Shown: positions 39,968 through 54,950, numbered from the stretch's first letter. The stretch is DNA of 64,000 nucleotides from Marsupella aquatica (GCA_973895155.1 OZ316895.1:13503186-13567185); one strand, 5' to 3'. The notes: generated from the letters alone by a model not told the origin. Numbers and translations are program-made.

Positions 39968-42516
39968 GAACTCTTTGATATTTTTTATATTGGACTTGCT
40001 TCAAGCCTCTTTGCCCTGTTTTAATAACTGGCATGCGTAATTAAGTCTTCATGTGACCCTAGGACTCTTTAATCGTGGACCTTGAGTCAACCCTCCATCC
40101 TAATATATAGCATGTATAGCTTGAGGCAAGGGGTCTTTGATCATGGAGCTTGCTTGAACCTTCTCAGCCCTGTTTTAGTAAATCGCATGCACAGAAGAGA
40201 ACGAGGAGGCAATGGACCTGCCGCCATTACTGACTACAGTTGTAAGGGCGCTATCCTACTATACAGTCTGTAAAATGGTCAAATTCATGTAAAGTAGACC
40301 CACTTGGAGCCATCCCAATTACAATACAGTAGTACTTCTAAAGGCAGCGCACCACTAAGCATGGCACAAATTAGTCAGTTGCACTACTTAACGACTCCGA
40401 ACTACTGGACAATACTTCTAAAGCCATTGAGCCCACAAAAAGTGGTTATCCTACACTAAAACCACTCAAATCCGTGGCCTGACCGCCAAACTGTCTCTCC
40501 TCCAATTTGGAGGAAAAACCAAGTGGGTAGTGTACTATCGGTTCCTTGAAGACAATAGTAGATCAGCGGATGACAATGACAAACTTACGGTAACAAAAAT
40601 GATTTATTATGTGAACAGTATTTTTCACTTTAGGTTAAGCTTGTTTTCCATTGGCTAGTTTCTCACCTACACACTTACCCTTTAGCCTGAATCTAACTGT
40701 CAATCTCAATCTAGGAAGATCTGACGATCAGGATAAATTTGAGAATTATGAAAATAGTAGCATTGAAATTCTTGGTCATCGATCCGAGATTCCCGCCGTC
40801 CGTCCTTCCGCCTCCGAATCTGCGGACCGGACCCTGGTCGGGTGTTCATCCAGACTGTCGGTTCTGTAGCAGCGAGCTCTTTTGACCGGAGGTACAACAT
40901 CATCGTGAAGACGTGCCCAGTCCGGTACAACGGCACAGTCACAAACAGACTCCCGTACCCGTAGCCCGTATTCGTGGCCACCACATTTCCCGCCGCAAAC
41001 CTCATTCATACGCGCGGTCCACCTGGCCGTATCCAGTCGCCGCCCTTGAATCACAGAGGCCGTCGATCGGGATATCGGACGGACATGCGTCAGTATTCTG
41101 TCCGAGGGCCGTGAATGACATCCTGGCCAAGTAATTACTGGAAACGAATGAAGCAGTCCACTTATTTCGGGTACTATTTTGAAGTACTGGACGAGAGCGA
41201 GAAAATTCCTGGAAAGCTCTAGTGCCTCAATCGTGACCGCTCGAAGGCACGATGTTCGCCCTAACAGAGCCCTTCATAAGGGACACCAAACAAATAGCCC
41301 ACGGAATAACGGGCCTGGATACCGGGCTGTAATTAACGAACTCCTGTCTCCAGGTATTGAAAACGGTAATGTTGTTAAAACAATGAGGAGTTGTGAAGTG
41401 GCTCCCCAGGATCATCATAACCTTACCCACATGGTGAAAGTAGGGTGCCAGTGAGCTCGTTCTCACATTCTGGATGCAAGGTTAGAGCACCTCCAACCCC
41501 TCTGGGTTTTTCCTGGCTCAATACATTTAATACAATGCAAAGTCATAACTGTTATTGACATGCGCTAAATGCTTAAAGGGGTTTGTCATAGAGCAACCCC
41601 ACCCTTACGGGATAGTTTTGGTGAGTATGACTCCTTGTCGCCAAGGAGCTCCTTCCCGCACGAAGCGAGGCCAGCCCAGGACGGTCCAATCTTCATCTAG
41701 GGAAACTCCATCAAAGCAAAAGTAATCCTGTCAATGTGGTATTGCAGCAGTCTTTTACCATTCCCCTAAGGAAGGGACCGGGTTTCAGAAATTGACAATA
41801 GCATTACAGTGAACCCAATTGGCTTGCATTTTTTACTCCAACTTACTGGGTTTGGCCCAAACTCTGTTAGTGTAAGTGCACCACGTATGTGTTGGAGATG
41901 CTCTTATAGACAATAAATGCTGCCCATACATTGGTTTTTCTCCTATAATTTATGGCCATAGCAGCATTGAAGAAATTGTTACCATTAACCTTTGCTCTCT
42001 TCAAGATTTATGGACAAGCCACACATACATGCAAGTGCTGAGTGCGTTGAATAATACATAAATTTGAAGATGCAAGATTAAGAAGGGGTCTACATTGGTA
42101 GCAACGTCAACATTCTCACCTCAAGCTCTAATGTGCAAAGTAGACAACACTGGTGCCACCAACTCCCATTACTTGACTTGAGTAAAGAGATGCATTGAAC
42201 CTAGCCCAGGTCAACCCATCCTTGCTCAAACCATTCACCCTTTCAACACACTTCCACAAACATACAAACACTTTCACACAAATAATAAGCTAGTATACCC
42301 CTCTCAAAAGCAAACACTTCAACATCTTTTTTCACTTTGTTCAAGATGTCCTAGGAATATAGATTAATACTTCCTTCATTTCCATGATAGGATAGATTCA
42401 TAGAATTCATTTTGTAATTTCTATGATGTCTTGTGATCATGCTTAGTATAATGTCCATAGTTCCTACTGCAATATTCTCTCAGTCAAGATGTATCACAAT
42501 CTTGGCAACAGTTTGG

Positions 42517-43287
42517 ATGTAATATGCACAATGTTAAGTAGGTTGATTTACAAGGGGACTACTCACGGTTTGGAATCATGATGCTGCACCAAAAGATGCC
42601 CTGCTTTTCTAGCTCTTGTTACCCTGACTTGCTTGCCCCTAGTTAGAAAGCAATAGTCCATGTTTCCACTATCTTGTTTGACTTGAACATGAGGTGGATT
42701 TTGGTTCCCTATGATTGCGGTCTAATGTTCAATGCTAACTACACGGATAAACCTGGTTAGAGTAAAATATGTCCTTTCGTCACAGAAAATTGTTGTGGTA
42801 ACTCGAGTCTGGAATGAAGGTTTTCATCAGCAATATCCTGTAAGCATGAGGAATGGGGCAGCAAATCATGGGTGGGATTTTCACAAGACTCTCTTGATTA
42901 AGATGTGTCCGAACGTCCCTTGGCAGCATTTTCTAGGTAGTATGCACATTGTTGCACAAATTTGAGTAGGTTGATTCCAACTGGGATGCTTTAACTATTT
43001 GGAATCACACTTTGGCCAGAATGTGCTCTGTATTTGTTGCTCTTGTTATCCTAACTTGCATACCCTTCTTTGAGAAGCAAAAGTCCAAGTTTAGCTCTTC
43101 TTTGAGGTTGAACAAGAGGTGTGTTTTGGTTCCCTATGAGTGTGGTCTAACAATTCTATGCTAACCCCGTGATCTATGGCAAACCTCGTTAGAGGCACAT
43201 AGGTCCTTTCTGCACTACAAGTTTTTTGCTAACACGATGCTTGCATGAAGGGTTTAAGCATCCACAAACTGAAAGCATGAGGAATCT
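42517..43287. repeat. Old direct duplication (~340-bp unit, ~420-430-bp spacing)
   Basis: Collinear shared blocks TATGCACA, AGTAGGTTGATT, TTTGGAATCA, GCTCTTGTTA, AAGCAA.AGTCCA, TTTTGGTTCCCTATGA, AAACCT.GTTAGAG, GTCCTTTC and AAGCATGAGGAAT at 42517-42855 and 42937-43287. Confidence 0.75.
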
Positions 43288-46200
43288 CTCAAGGATTGCG
43301 GGAGCACATCATGATTGGATCATGGGTGGGATGTCACATGTTGAGGCTGAGGTTGGGGAGGAGCCCACGGTAATTGTGAGTGATTGTTGCAGTGAATTAG
43401 TGCCGGTAGTGTCTCTCAACATGAATACGGTACGTGTGTTATTCGTCTGAGAGATCCTCAAGGTCAGTTTGTTGGGACCATTTCATGATTGTCTAGGCGA
43501 ATATAGATTGAAGGAAATGAATATTAATTTGGTGGACCCTAGTACCAAAGATCTACACACTTACACAGATAATGGAGAAGAGCAGCACACCAAACACACA
43601 TTCGCAGGAACCAAGTCTCTATTGGGGCTCAGATATTGTGAGAGCTGAGATACTGTATTGTAATTCCAACTACTGTAGGCCATTGTAGCAAATATTGTGA
43701 TCAAGAGGCTGAACATAAAACTGAAGCCACGATGGGACACCATAGTGGGACACCATAGTGCTCCCGTGGTCCACATTTTGGTGGTCAGTGTAAATTGGGG
43801 TCCATAATTTGATGACTATGAGTCCTAAGATAAGTTTCAGTTTTGCACTGGCAAGGCAACTAGAGAAGGAAGAGACATGAAAAAACACAAGCTCAAATAG
43901 TTATCAGAATGAAAATTAATGCAATGAAATTTATCTTCTCCTCCCCATAACTTAGAAATATTTGAACTCGTGAATATCAAGTTATTACAATATCACTCAA
44001 TTTCTGAGAAATGTTGTCCATGGGAATTTGAAATACCAACCTTGTGGTCCATAGGGCCCTTCAAATTTGGCTGAACACACATACTTGTTTTGACCATACA
44101 ATGTATTCTGAGAAAACATTCTGATAATACATTCTGAGCTCAACTTTTGGGATCATTCGCAGGCCCATCAGAACACTGTTTAACTCACAATAATTAAGAT
44201 TGTAGGAGTGACTGTTTTTTTTTAGAGTGGTTGTGAACAGCCTAATCTTGGCCAGTCTGATCAATGTACCTTGTGTGAAGGAGAAGATGCTACAAATATT
44301 CCTTCCCAAATTTTCCTAGAATAGCTGTTGACTGTCAGATCTCCCTAGATTCAAGATTATCCATTAGATTCTGGATAATGGGGTTTCTAGTGAGGTGGGA
44401 AAACAGGCTACTGAAAAAAAAAAAATGTAGCCAAGTTTTGCCCCAGTGGGTAAGACTCTTTATCGAAGTGGCAAAATTTCCTCTCTAAAAACTAAAAGAA
44501 AGGTTTGCTTGTGAATACTCAAAAAGAACTTGGTACAAGTAAGGAAGATTTTTAAACATGTTGTTGCAAACACTTTCAGTTGTATATAATATTTTCCTGT
44601 AAAAACTAGAAACGAAGACAGCAGTTGGAATGTTCTTGAAGCCCATCGTATCAAGGCTTGTGAGACTTTCGGAAATCAATATCTTTTCCTAAATTGACAC
44701 TGATTCGGGATCAAAGGATATCGCTATCTACCGTATGTCATTTCCATATGTTTGTAGTGCATAGCAGCCCATGTCCTGTCTCCTTTGTCTGGTATTGAAA
44801 TTCTTGGAGGTGGTAGGTCGAGATTGGCATGACCTCGTACAAACATTTTCTAGTTCGCCAATTTAACCAAAACCTGACGTCCTCCAACTATTGACGAACG
44901 AATCACACAACTCGGGGGAAAATAGTCAAAGTTAGATTCGTCGGATCTTTGAAGATCTGACTGCTTTCTCCAGAACCTTATATTTATAAATATTATTGGG
45001 CGGGCCCCACAAAATTTCCCTCTTTAAACTCTTGACACATGCGCCAGTGAACTTTCTCATAAAATACTTAAAGAAATGAGTGAAGGGCACTGCAGTTTTG
45101 GGAGTCGCCAAAGTTTGGCTCTGACCGTCTGAGGGCTGGAAACATATAAAATCAATGAGTCTCACTCGGGCCGCGACTCTTATAGGAAAGTCAACAAAAT
45201 AGGGATAGGGAATTAGGGATAAGTCATCTCCATATCATTTTGTCGGCATAGCTCCGCCATGGCGAGAGTTTGGGACTCTTCTATGCAGCGAGTGTATTTT
45301 GTAGAGGTTTTACTCTGAACCAAAAAACAAATCTTGCAAAAACAATTTAATTTATATATTATCTCCCTTTTAACTGCCCTTTCCCCATTTTTTCTCAAAG
45401 TCCAACTTGTCTAGAGTCAAATTTTGTCCTATTTGACTCCAGCTTTTGGATTTTTATTGAGACACTGTCTAGAGGCTTCACTCTAGACCCTAGCCCTTGA
45501 GAGTAACTTAAGTTTACAATTTATTAGCAAGACACTAGGAATATTTGAAAAATATGCTCACTCAAAAGAAACGAACAAACGAGATAGAATAATAGAGTAA
45601 TTCGTATTTTTTATTGTGACATTTTGAGTAAAATGCTGTCCATTTGCGTTGTAAAAATCTATGGGGACAATTGACAAAGCTAGCGGTCTATCCTGTTCAG
45701 GAATATTCATTATCTGATTTTCCTAGACTATCAGATCTCCCTAGATAGCCACTAGATTGTGGCATAGTGGGGCTGACAAACCTAGCCAATCTTGACCAAA
45801 CCTGACTAATACTCTTTATAGAGGTGAAAGCTATTGAATTTTAGCTACACCTTTATAAAAACAATGATGGTCCTGAGTTCTGCCAGAAACATGAAACTAA
45901 TTATTCTTTTCTTCTTGAAAGGAGCAGTTTACTCAACCGGGAAGTAAAATCCAAAAAAGCCAGGGAATCACCAGCCAGACCCAAACAATGGACAAAGACC
46001 AACAACCACTCAAAGACCAGACACATCCAGTCAAGAGGGCAAAGGATAAACTGCATAGTGAAAAGTAATCTAACATCACCCACCACAAAAAATAATGATC
46101 CAGCACAAACATGAGGGCCAACTCACACCCAAGTCCAGGGAGAGAACCAGCCAAATCACTGAAATCTGAAACACTGAACTTGGATGAAAATCCACATAAA

Positions 46201-46535
46201 TGGATTATATCCATCCTCAAAGATCCTTAGCTTCCAGACCAGGAGACAACGCCAAAAAGCAAAGCCCAGTCAAAGGAAGAACAACTAATCAGATCAAAGA
46301 ACCATAAAGGCCTAACATCGACCAAGAAATATCCATCCTGCAAACAGTAAGACCTCCATTACACCCAAAATCAAGTTGCATCTTTCCTATCAGCTTCATC
46401 CTGCATTGCCCCTCCATCAAGACCTGAGCCCAACCCTATTCCAAGCAATTTTCATATTCAGTCTGAGCTCATGCCAAATTTTGAATTGAATCCTCACAGT
46501 TGAGATGCACAGCTGCTTGTTTTCCAATGAGCATT

Positions 46536-46683
46536 GAGCTTTCCAAAGCTGCCAGCAACTAATCCCTCGAGCAATGTTCCAAAGCTTAATAGGGAGGTCC
46601 CTCTCACCGTCATTGCACCGAGCTTTCCAAAGCTGCCAGCAAGTAATACTCGAGAAGTTTCAAAGCTTAATAGGGAAGTCCCT
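46536..46683. repeat. Tandem duplication, 84-bp period
   Basis: GAGCTTTCCAAAGCTGCCAGCAA.TAAT..CTCGAG..CAAAGCTTAATAGGGA.GTCCCT at 46536 and 46620. Confidence 0.85.
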
Positions 46684-46739
46684 TGTTGGAGAACCCAAAA
46701 GAGCCTGCACAGCATCAATGTGGAAATGCAGTGCCCAAG

Positions 46740-46930
46740 ACCTAGTTGCCTGAAAAATAACTCTTTGTAACCAACTCCATATCCTCTATGAATCTGGGCA
46801 AATCCATAAACAGTGAATTATGACATTACTATCACATCTCCAGCACCACCATTCTTCATCACCAGGTGCAAAAGGAATATTTGCGCCAGCCTCATCTCTG
46901 CTCCACCAAGCCTCCCAATATAATGTTTCG
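46740..46930 (-). mobile_element. L1-type LINE ORF2 C-terminal remnant (CCHC zinc knuckle)
   Basis: The minus strand from 46860 reads DEEWWCWRCDSNVIIHCLWICPDS*RIWSWLQRVIF, the C-x2-C...H-x4-C-P...IW pattern of the L1 zf-RVT region. It carries an in-frame stop, and its true limits are unknown. Confidence 0.65.
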
Positions 46931-48965
46931 TGGCAATAATTAGCTGTGACACTTGCCATAAGAAAAAAATCGTTCTTCTTTTAAAAAATTAATTATTCTC
47001 CACTTGGAGTCGAGTCCACGACTCCAGAGCTAGGAATATTATTTATCGTTAGATTCCGGCTAATCTAGCCAGGCCAATGGTAACCAGAAAATCTAGACAA
47101 TTTTAGCCGAAGTGATTGACTTTTTAGAAAGTTGGAATCTACTGTACCCAATTTTCGTCACTACAAATAAACACTGCTTGTGGGTCCCGCACTTCCGCTA
47201 TACTAACCACCGCACCAACTTCGCCTCTTCTTTCAGCTCTAACCTAATCCAACAGTCCGTCCGCTTCGACGAAACCATCCCCAAAGCGGCAAAGGCCAAG
47301 AAATTTGGAGCCCACGTGATCCCCCCCGCCAAGGCTGCCGCCAAACTGCCCCAAGAATGAATCATGATCAGTTCTGCCAAACGCTCCGCTCCCGCAACCT
47401 CAATTGCGCTGTCACTCACCGTACCCGCTCCACAGTTACCGTAACCAACCGGGAGGGTTAGCGATGCGTCACTGACTCACTGATTGCAGGATCTTAGTTA
47501 CGTTTCCGGAAGATTATTTAGAAGTTTCCGATCTCAGGGATCCAGAATCGACCGTCCATCTAGAGGCAGCAGCGGGCAGGCTGGACTGCTGGTCTGCTGG
47601 AGATGGAGGTCGTGTCAGGGCGAGGCAGCCATTATTCATTATTAATGATGATGATGATTCCATGCTTCCGGGCTGGTCGGTTTGCGGAACGAACAAAAAG
47701 AGATGGAGCGCAGTGTGTTGTAAGTAGTAGTAGTAGAGAGTGGGCCATGGTTGTTGCAGTAGTAGCTGCCCTGCCCTGCCAGTTTGCCACGCTGCTTTCC
47801 CCACACGCGCATGCAGAGACCGCCTGCCCGACTGCCCGACTGCCCGAGCTGACGACGAGGAAGGCGGAAAGCGCGGACGCGAGAGGGCAGCGGGACGCCA
47901 AAACAATTGAAATGGTCGATCGTTGCAATTCGCTCCATTATTGAACCGACTCGACGTCACGTAGCTCTGGAGAATTTCAGTCGAGCTCCTTCTCGAAGAG
48001 AGTGCATCATCACTGGTATAGCGAACTCAGGGAGTGAAGAATTGAGTAGTAAATGCAGAGCGAAGGAGGTCGACGAGTTGAGAAGGTTTGTGGGCTGGAT
48101 CGATCGCGGAGCTCGTTCAAGAAGGGAAGAACGAAGCGGTCGATGAAAAGGAAGGGAGAAGGACAAAACATGAGGAGAAAGAACGAGACGGAGGTGCGGG
48201 ATCTGTACGCTATGAGACTAGCTAGATTTTGGCTGTAATAAACAAAGCGCACCAGCTTGACCTGCATCGGCGATCGCCAAGTAGATTGGTGAAAGGGGAC
48301 TCGAGGAAGTAAGGAAGGAAGGGAGAGGGAGGGACTCATCACGTAGACTTATTCGTCGGGCGAAACCTGGGAAGTAGATATTCCGAAGGAATTTGTCTGC
48401 GGAATGACATGTCCAATGTTGGTTGAGTGAGATTCGTTGGAATACCGCGTTAGAAGAGGCTGAAGTACGCGACCGAAGGATCGACGAAGTTGGAGAGTGG
48501 CGGATTGATGCTCGGACACGCAGCCTTGTTTCCTGGGAAGGGAGGTGCTGTGGCAGGAGTGTGTCTTTCGATTTGTGTTTCGGTCGCCCAGTTGTGGTGT
48601 GACAGGACCCGGGGGGCTTTTAGTTGTAGTTGTAGTTGTTCTGTTGATATGGGCGCAACTATTACGCTCAGAATCGCTGGTCAATCCACTGTCCAAGTCG
48701 GTGGCGGGAGGGGTGACATTTGTAATCCATGATGAGTACGCGCAAAGACGTTTTGGGAGGAAGGAATCGGTACTGGAACTAATGAAGTTGTTGTCCACTC
48801 CTTGGGATTCATATCCGAAGTGTAGATGTGTTCGCCGCTTGATGTAAATTGTCGAAAGGTACGCAATTCGTGTTCGATATCTTGTTGGCAGTGGAAACTT
48901 TGAAAGTAGAGTAGGGAAGACAGGACAGGTTACCCTGGAGGAAGATTTTTGTATAGACGGAATCG

Positions 48966-50287
48966 ATGGATTGTATATCTGGTGCTCCTCCGACTCCTGA
49001 CGCCAATGCCGCTCCCGGAGAAGAGTGGCAGTCTGTTCCACTAGAAGATTCGTCGCGATCGGAGACGGAGTCTCTTTTTATATGGAACCAGGGGAAGCAG
49101 ATGAGAGAGACACCTAGAAATTTGAATTATTCCCTGTGCGGACTCTCGAAACTTACGAGCTGGTATGCTAGCGACGAGACCAATGCCTCGAAGGTAGACT
49201 GCCAGTACATCACCAGTAAGGCGTCGGAAGACTACAGTGGAGTGGATGAGGTGCGATTATCCATCCATGGACTGGAGGATCCCAAAATATGTTCCGAAAA
49301 TGCGGTCTGCAAGACCGGAAATAAGGTAATTATGGACCCTGGCCCTGTCCTTGAACCTGGCGACGACGAATGCCTTCCGCTGCTCCAGCAAGTCCGGGCT
49401 TTCATCAAAGGCGCCAAGCTTTCTTGTACAGGGCTTCTATCTGGGGATGGTAAGTCTATTTTCAATGGTTGGAACTCTTTGCTGCAACGAAGCTTCTCCT
49501 TCAAGTCGTCTGAGACATCATCCGAGGGGGAGCTTCTTTGCAAGAAGAGGAATTGTTCCGGAATTTCGAGAACCACGTCCTCGCCGATGCCTGCATCCAC
49601 AATTTTCAGCACTGCTGCAGCCGACACAGTTAAGGCAAAGACTTTACTGGCAAGGGATCCGGCGTCTAGGGCGGAGGCGTTGCCCCTTGCTCACTATCGA
49701 CCTACCGACGGAGGAGTCTGGAAAGAGGGGGATGCGAAGACAGGGCAGTCTACAGCATCCGCCCAATCGCCTGTTAATGTGAATAGCAAGAAACCTCCCA
49801 AACCGCCGAGGCATCCAGGGAGATCGGTGTCAATGGACAGCGCTACTATTGCTTCTCAACGCGCTGCGAAGAGAATCAGGGACAGGGCGTCAGCGAAACG
49901 AAAATCGAGGGGTGCTGCTAATGCTGCTGCTAGCGCTGGTCTGACTCCACTCGTCGCGCTTGTCCTCACGATTGGATTTGGCGTCCTCATGGTCTTCCAA
50001 GGTTTGTTACAGACTTCTCGTTGTGTATCCTCGTATTTCTCTCTTTTAGTGACGTATGTAGTATGTGGTGCCAATCGCTGTCAATGTAGCTGGCAGAGCT
50101 TGGTCTGCCTACAGAGTAGTCGTTCAGTTTTCGATAATGTTGAGATTCCACCCACCTTATTTCTGGTGTTTCCTGTCTTCTCCTTGATAGTGTGGTTAGG
50201 CGATAACTTACAGCAGATTACCCTTGCATTGCAGGTGTTTTCGTTCAAACTAACGTGTCCTATGGTAGAAATACCGATAGCGATGCC
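48966..50287 (+). CDS. Plant-specific protein with a disordered N-terminus, KKPPKPPR motif and C-terminal transmembrane helix (unknown function)
   Basis: The large exon 48966-50001 ends KKPPKPPRHPGRSVSMDSA...basic stretch...LVALVLTIGFGVLMVFQ-G|GTTTGT. This layout matches a family of uncharacterised plant membrane proteins (KKPPKPPRPP..SLD..TM..FQG). Probable next exon 50235-50287; the final exon (~50528-50670) is not resolved. The 441-aa ORF runs into the intron. Confidence 0.75.
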
Positions 50288-51354
50288 GTAAGCGTTGCTG
50301 CCAATTCTCAATTTTCATTACCTGTCAACAAAGCTGGCTCGTTTGTCAGTCGTCATCCAATGTAAGGACGTGACCCAGTTGATCAATTTTAGGATTAAGT
50401 CAACTTTGACGCTCTAAGCTTTTGGTGAAACTCTGATCTTCCGGCTGTAGAAGTCTATTGTGTGGCAGTCATATTGCATTGTAGGTCTCTAGTACCTTTG
50501 TACCTGACTCTTCGTTTCACGTTGCAGAGACCCAAATTTACCAGCCTCTATAAATGTCGACGTGAGCGATTCTGAAGCGATCCTCAGCGGTGCATTGCAG
50601 AAGTCGATGACAGATCTTCCTTGGTCACGGAGTTCGTTATTTTCACAAGTGAAATCCGCGTCAGGATGACCCACTTGGACCCTTTTTGTCCTTACACCTG
50701 TACGAGGCCTGTCCAGAGTGATTGCCCTACTGGAGTGGATGTTAACATTCTTAGAACGATTCTTTACCTTCGATCGACTGGAGGAGGTCGGCACATTATA
50801 TACATCAGCGTGGTTTAGCTCATTTTTCCCACAAGCTCTGAACTTAACGTTTTACATATGTAACTCGTGATGAAGGGTATCAGGTGAGAATTGGCGACGT
50901 GGCTCAACTTTCCTTGGTTTCCTTCGCTTCTGACGTTTCTTAACTTACATTGATTGCGCACGAGGGTAATGTCATGGTCGATGCCATAATTTGACTGCCA
51001 GCTCGCTAACCTTTCTGTTGTCTGCTGACTCAGGTCTTCTTTGCCTATTTGGGAGGAGCTCGACCACCCTTTGTACAGGTGTAAATTGCCTGGTTTAACT
51101 CAATTCTTACGGCTTCGGAAGACTGAATAGTAGAACAGAGTAGAGTAGAATAGGAAGAATGGATGGATGGAGCCGAAATCAGGTACCAGTCTGTCTTGTA
51201 TATGTTAGTACAGTTTTGAATACCCTGTAACATAACTAATCCTTCATCGATTCTGAACGAGGGAACGAAACCCTCCGCATGCTGCTTCTCTGGGTATATC
51301 ACGGCAATAAGTTTGGCGTGTTAGGTATTGTTGCGCCCGCCGGTGATTCCCTGG

Positions 51355-51478
51355 AGGCGCATTTCTTACTCTTTCGTGTATCGAGAAATTATAGCTTATG
51401 AGTGACAAGTTATTTAGAGAAAAGGCGCATTTCTTACTCTTTCGTGTAGCGAGAAATTGAACTTATGAGTGACATGTT
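51355..51478. repeat. Tandem duplication, 68-bp period
   Basis: AGGCGCATTTCTTACTCTTTCGTGTA.CGAGAAATT...CTTATGAGTGACA.GTT at 51355 and 51423. Confidence 0.85.
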
Positions 51479-53689
51479 TAGGGAAGTGGCAACTCATGGC
51501 AAGTGTGCTGCTCAGTGCCATTCCATGTTAGTGCACGTGAAAGCGCCCAATTGAACTCATGTGGAGTCCAATTTGTGCTGAGGTGATACTAGCAAAGGTA
51601 CTATTGACCATAGGCAAAACCTCGTGGTATGCCGGAATAAATTGCGGCGGGAAATTCGCCTCAAATTTACTGAACTGTCTCCATTTCTCCGGTCATTTCT
51701 GTACGGCGGGTTAGGTACTTGTGTTTTTTCGATTGGATCGTTGGACTGTGTTTCGTTGTTTCCTTTTGTCTACCTCTCGTGCTTTGTACTTCAAATTTGT
51801 GTTTCCTATGTAGAGTTGCACCACTAAACAGTATTAGCAGACCGTTAGTGTTGCACAATTCCGGGAACGGTCCTCAGCAGAATTAGAAAAGGATTTGAGT
51901 TTTCATATTCTTCCCGTGTTACGGGGTCATCTGATACTCATGAGCATTGCGAGATCTGCGACTCAGATCCATTCGCACGGCCGGTTTGTCTTAAAATGGA
52001 GCTTTCCCTCGTGTCCTCGCTCACAATGTAGTAGTCTATTCGTTCTGTTTTGTTATTAGCAGACGGAAATATTGTGGCATATGGCGTGACTATCGAATTC
52101 TATGGGAGAACGAACATTTATACTGAAGGTTACGCTGACTCCTCTCAAGTGAGCTGATTCCCCTCACTGTGCATCCAATGGGGGATCCAAAGATGGGAGA
52201 CATTCCAAGGCAAGCTTCTCGGGAGTAGTGCGACGTGTCGTTCAGACCCACTGAGTCTTGCTTAGTTTTAAGCTCGCCTCAATTGCTTGCCAGATAAGGA
52301 TGCCTCGTGATCCGACCTAGTTTTACTCTGAAATTATCGATCCTCACATACGCGTATGAGTAGAGTTTTTGAACGTCAGAAAGAAACTCATGTCGATGAC
52401 CACCAGCGAAGCACCTGAGCGTAGAATCCCTAGCTGATGTGTCCTAGGGCTTGAGAATTTGATGTCGGTTTTGTAGACATTACGTAAGCTGTGATCGTCT
52501 ATGTAGGGTGGTACTACTGTTAATTTTTTAGTTTTGGAGCGTGGTATCCGTCTTTAACTGTAATTGTCAGTGGCATATCGTTGGTTGGCCGTCTCGTAGC
52601 CTCTCCATAACATCACCGGACAAGAGAACTTTGTGGCTCTAACATGCTCAACTGGGGTTCTTGTCCTTTCGTGGTATCCTTTTCCCCTTGTTTGAAGTTG
52701 GTGCCAGCGAATCGAGACCTTAGAACCCGTCTGATTCGCTGGTCAGTTGGCTCTTTTCGTTTTAGATGCTTGGCCGTCTTTGGAACATTAGGGGACTAAT
52801 TCAACCTTGATTATCACCTCGGTGGCATCTAACCGTTTGAAATCAACAGCACTTCGGAAGAATGCCGTGCTTTATGGCTTCAGTCTCGATGCTGTGAGAT
52901 TCCTGATGATCCTTAATCAGCTTGTACACTTGCCTCACGAATAATGTTCCACCCTATGTAACTCAAATAGCAGCGACCTGGTGAGGTTCAATCTGCTATG
53001 TGTGGCCCATTCAACGCCCCATCAGCTTTCTTGGTTGTCGATGAATCCTCTCACGCTCATTCGATTCAATTGTTCGATTCAATTGTGATGACATTTCATG
53101 CTCCCTTGGACTTGCTTGTTGAATTCCGTCAGACGGACTCTTCAATTAGAGGATAGGCATAGCATGTTCACGCCTACTTGTGTTTGCTCATTGATCCCTC
53201 CCCTGGAGCATGCCTGATCATCAGCATAGGTTCGTCCCTGTCGGCGTACCCTAGCATTCGACGGTTTTATTTCACGTTAAACCAACCATATCCATTCCTT
53301 GCGTAGGAAATCTGTAGAGTAGAAACGCGAAGGAAATCTCCATGATCTTCCGAATATTAAATTTGCTTAATGACGGCACAACAGATTGGTGATTTCCCAG
53401 CTAACGCTCAAGATGAGGAACGCTTTGGAAATTTACTGTTCTCTGAAGTGTCGTTTTGAAGTTAGAAATTTCTCAACCTTACTGTGCATTTATGTGTCGA
53501 TTGATAGTGTTCATCGAAAGCTTAAAAATGTCTTCCCTTCTGACTGTAGTGCAAACTATCTTGGTATTTTAAAGGAAAACCCAGCCCTCTATTGCGTGAT
53601 TTCAGGCGAGGATGATTTTAAGCCAAAGAAACGAAATAACCCTCGTTACCTAAAGCGTTGGTGCGATGGCCAACAGACAGATCTATTGG

Positions 53690-54300
53690 CCTCTCATATA
53701 CTCTTGAAGCGAATGTATTTGCAGTGCCCATGTGACCAATGCTTTTGAAGATTGATGGCCAATGGCACATAGAAACTTAGTAGCCAGAAAGGATTTAATT
53801 GCAGAATTCCTCAGCGCCTTGAAGGCCCTGTGACATCTTCCTGATCTGATATGTTCGAATGTATTTGCAGTGTTCATGTGAAATCTTCTGAGTAGCCAGA
53901 CAGGATTTGATAGCAGAATCCCCCAACACGCTGAGCTATGATATCGTCCTGATCTCATATGGTCTTGAAGCGAATCTACTGCAGCGCCCATGTCATCAAT
54001 GTCGTTGAAGCTTGATGGCCAATGGCACATGGAAACTTCTGAGTAGCCAGACAAGGTGTGATAGCAGAATCTATTAATAGCTTGAGGGCCCTGTGATTCC
54101 TTCCTAATCTGTGATCCAATTGGCAATTCAGGTGCATAAGAAGCTTTCTAATTCAGAAAGTAGGCCAAAGCCAATGAGAGCTTGTTTGCACGAAGAAAAG
54201 GAACTGAAAATGCGCAATTCATGTACATTAAGCGCCTTTCTGATCCAGAATTAGGCCAAGCCAATGAGAGCTTGTTTGCAACAAGGAAAGGAACTGGAAC
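53690..54300. repeat. Patchwork of diverged local duplications
   Basis: CTTGAAGCGAAT..GCAG.GCCCATGT..TTGATGGCCAATGGCACAT.GAAACTT..GTAGCCAGA occurs 2-3 times (53703, partial 53860, 53963). TAGGCCAA(A)GCCAATGAGAGCTTGTTTGCA..AAAGGAACTG occurs at 54161 and 54252. Confidence 0.75.
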
Positions 54301-54950
54301 ATTTCTGCATTACAGACCAACCAGATTGGAGCCGAGAATTCTAAACTATGATAAAGGATTAAAATCAACCAGGAAGCCAGAACGCATCCAACTAAAATTG
54401 AAGCTTCCCTAATAGCTTGTAGCCTTCATTCTTCAGTATTCACGAGAATTTAATTTTGCCCCAACTAAACTCTTCTCAGCTGAAATTCAATCCATTGCAG
54501 TCCGGGGCATTTGAAATCCGTGATTGTCGGCCAGGTAAACTCATTAAAGGTGTGGATGGGATGGAATGGGCAACAGGGCAGATAGTGGATGGGTCTTCCA
54601 CAACAGCTTTCTCTGGAGCTTTCGAATTGTTGGCTGGCATTGGCGAACATCCTTGAACAAGGGTTTCTAGTGACAGTTCTGGCACTTCCATTGGCATGGG
54701 TGCAATTTCTTTGAAGAAAAACTGAGTGAAGGGGTGAAAGTTGTTCAGTTTTTGGTGTATACACTCAACTTCCGCCCCCAACAATTGTTTTTCAATTTCC
54801 CACTGCAGCACCTGCAAGGCATTTGGGCATATTTCTAAAGGTTTAGGGGGAGTAAAGGCATGTTTGTGCATATTTTGAAAGGTCCATGCCAAGACCCTTT
54901 TGTGAGGTCCATGGTGTTTCAAATTATAATTTGTTTATTTTGCAAAGAAG

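Noticed and set aside
47500-48960. Many overlapping short ORFs upstream of the 48966 gene
   Set aside because: GC-rich, microsatellite-containing promoter and leader sequence; no ORF shows homology or consistent splice structure.
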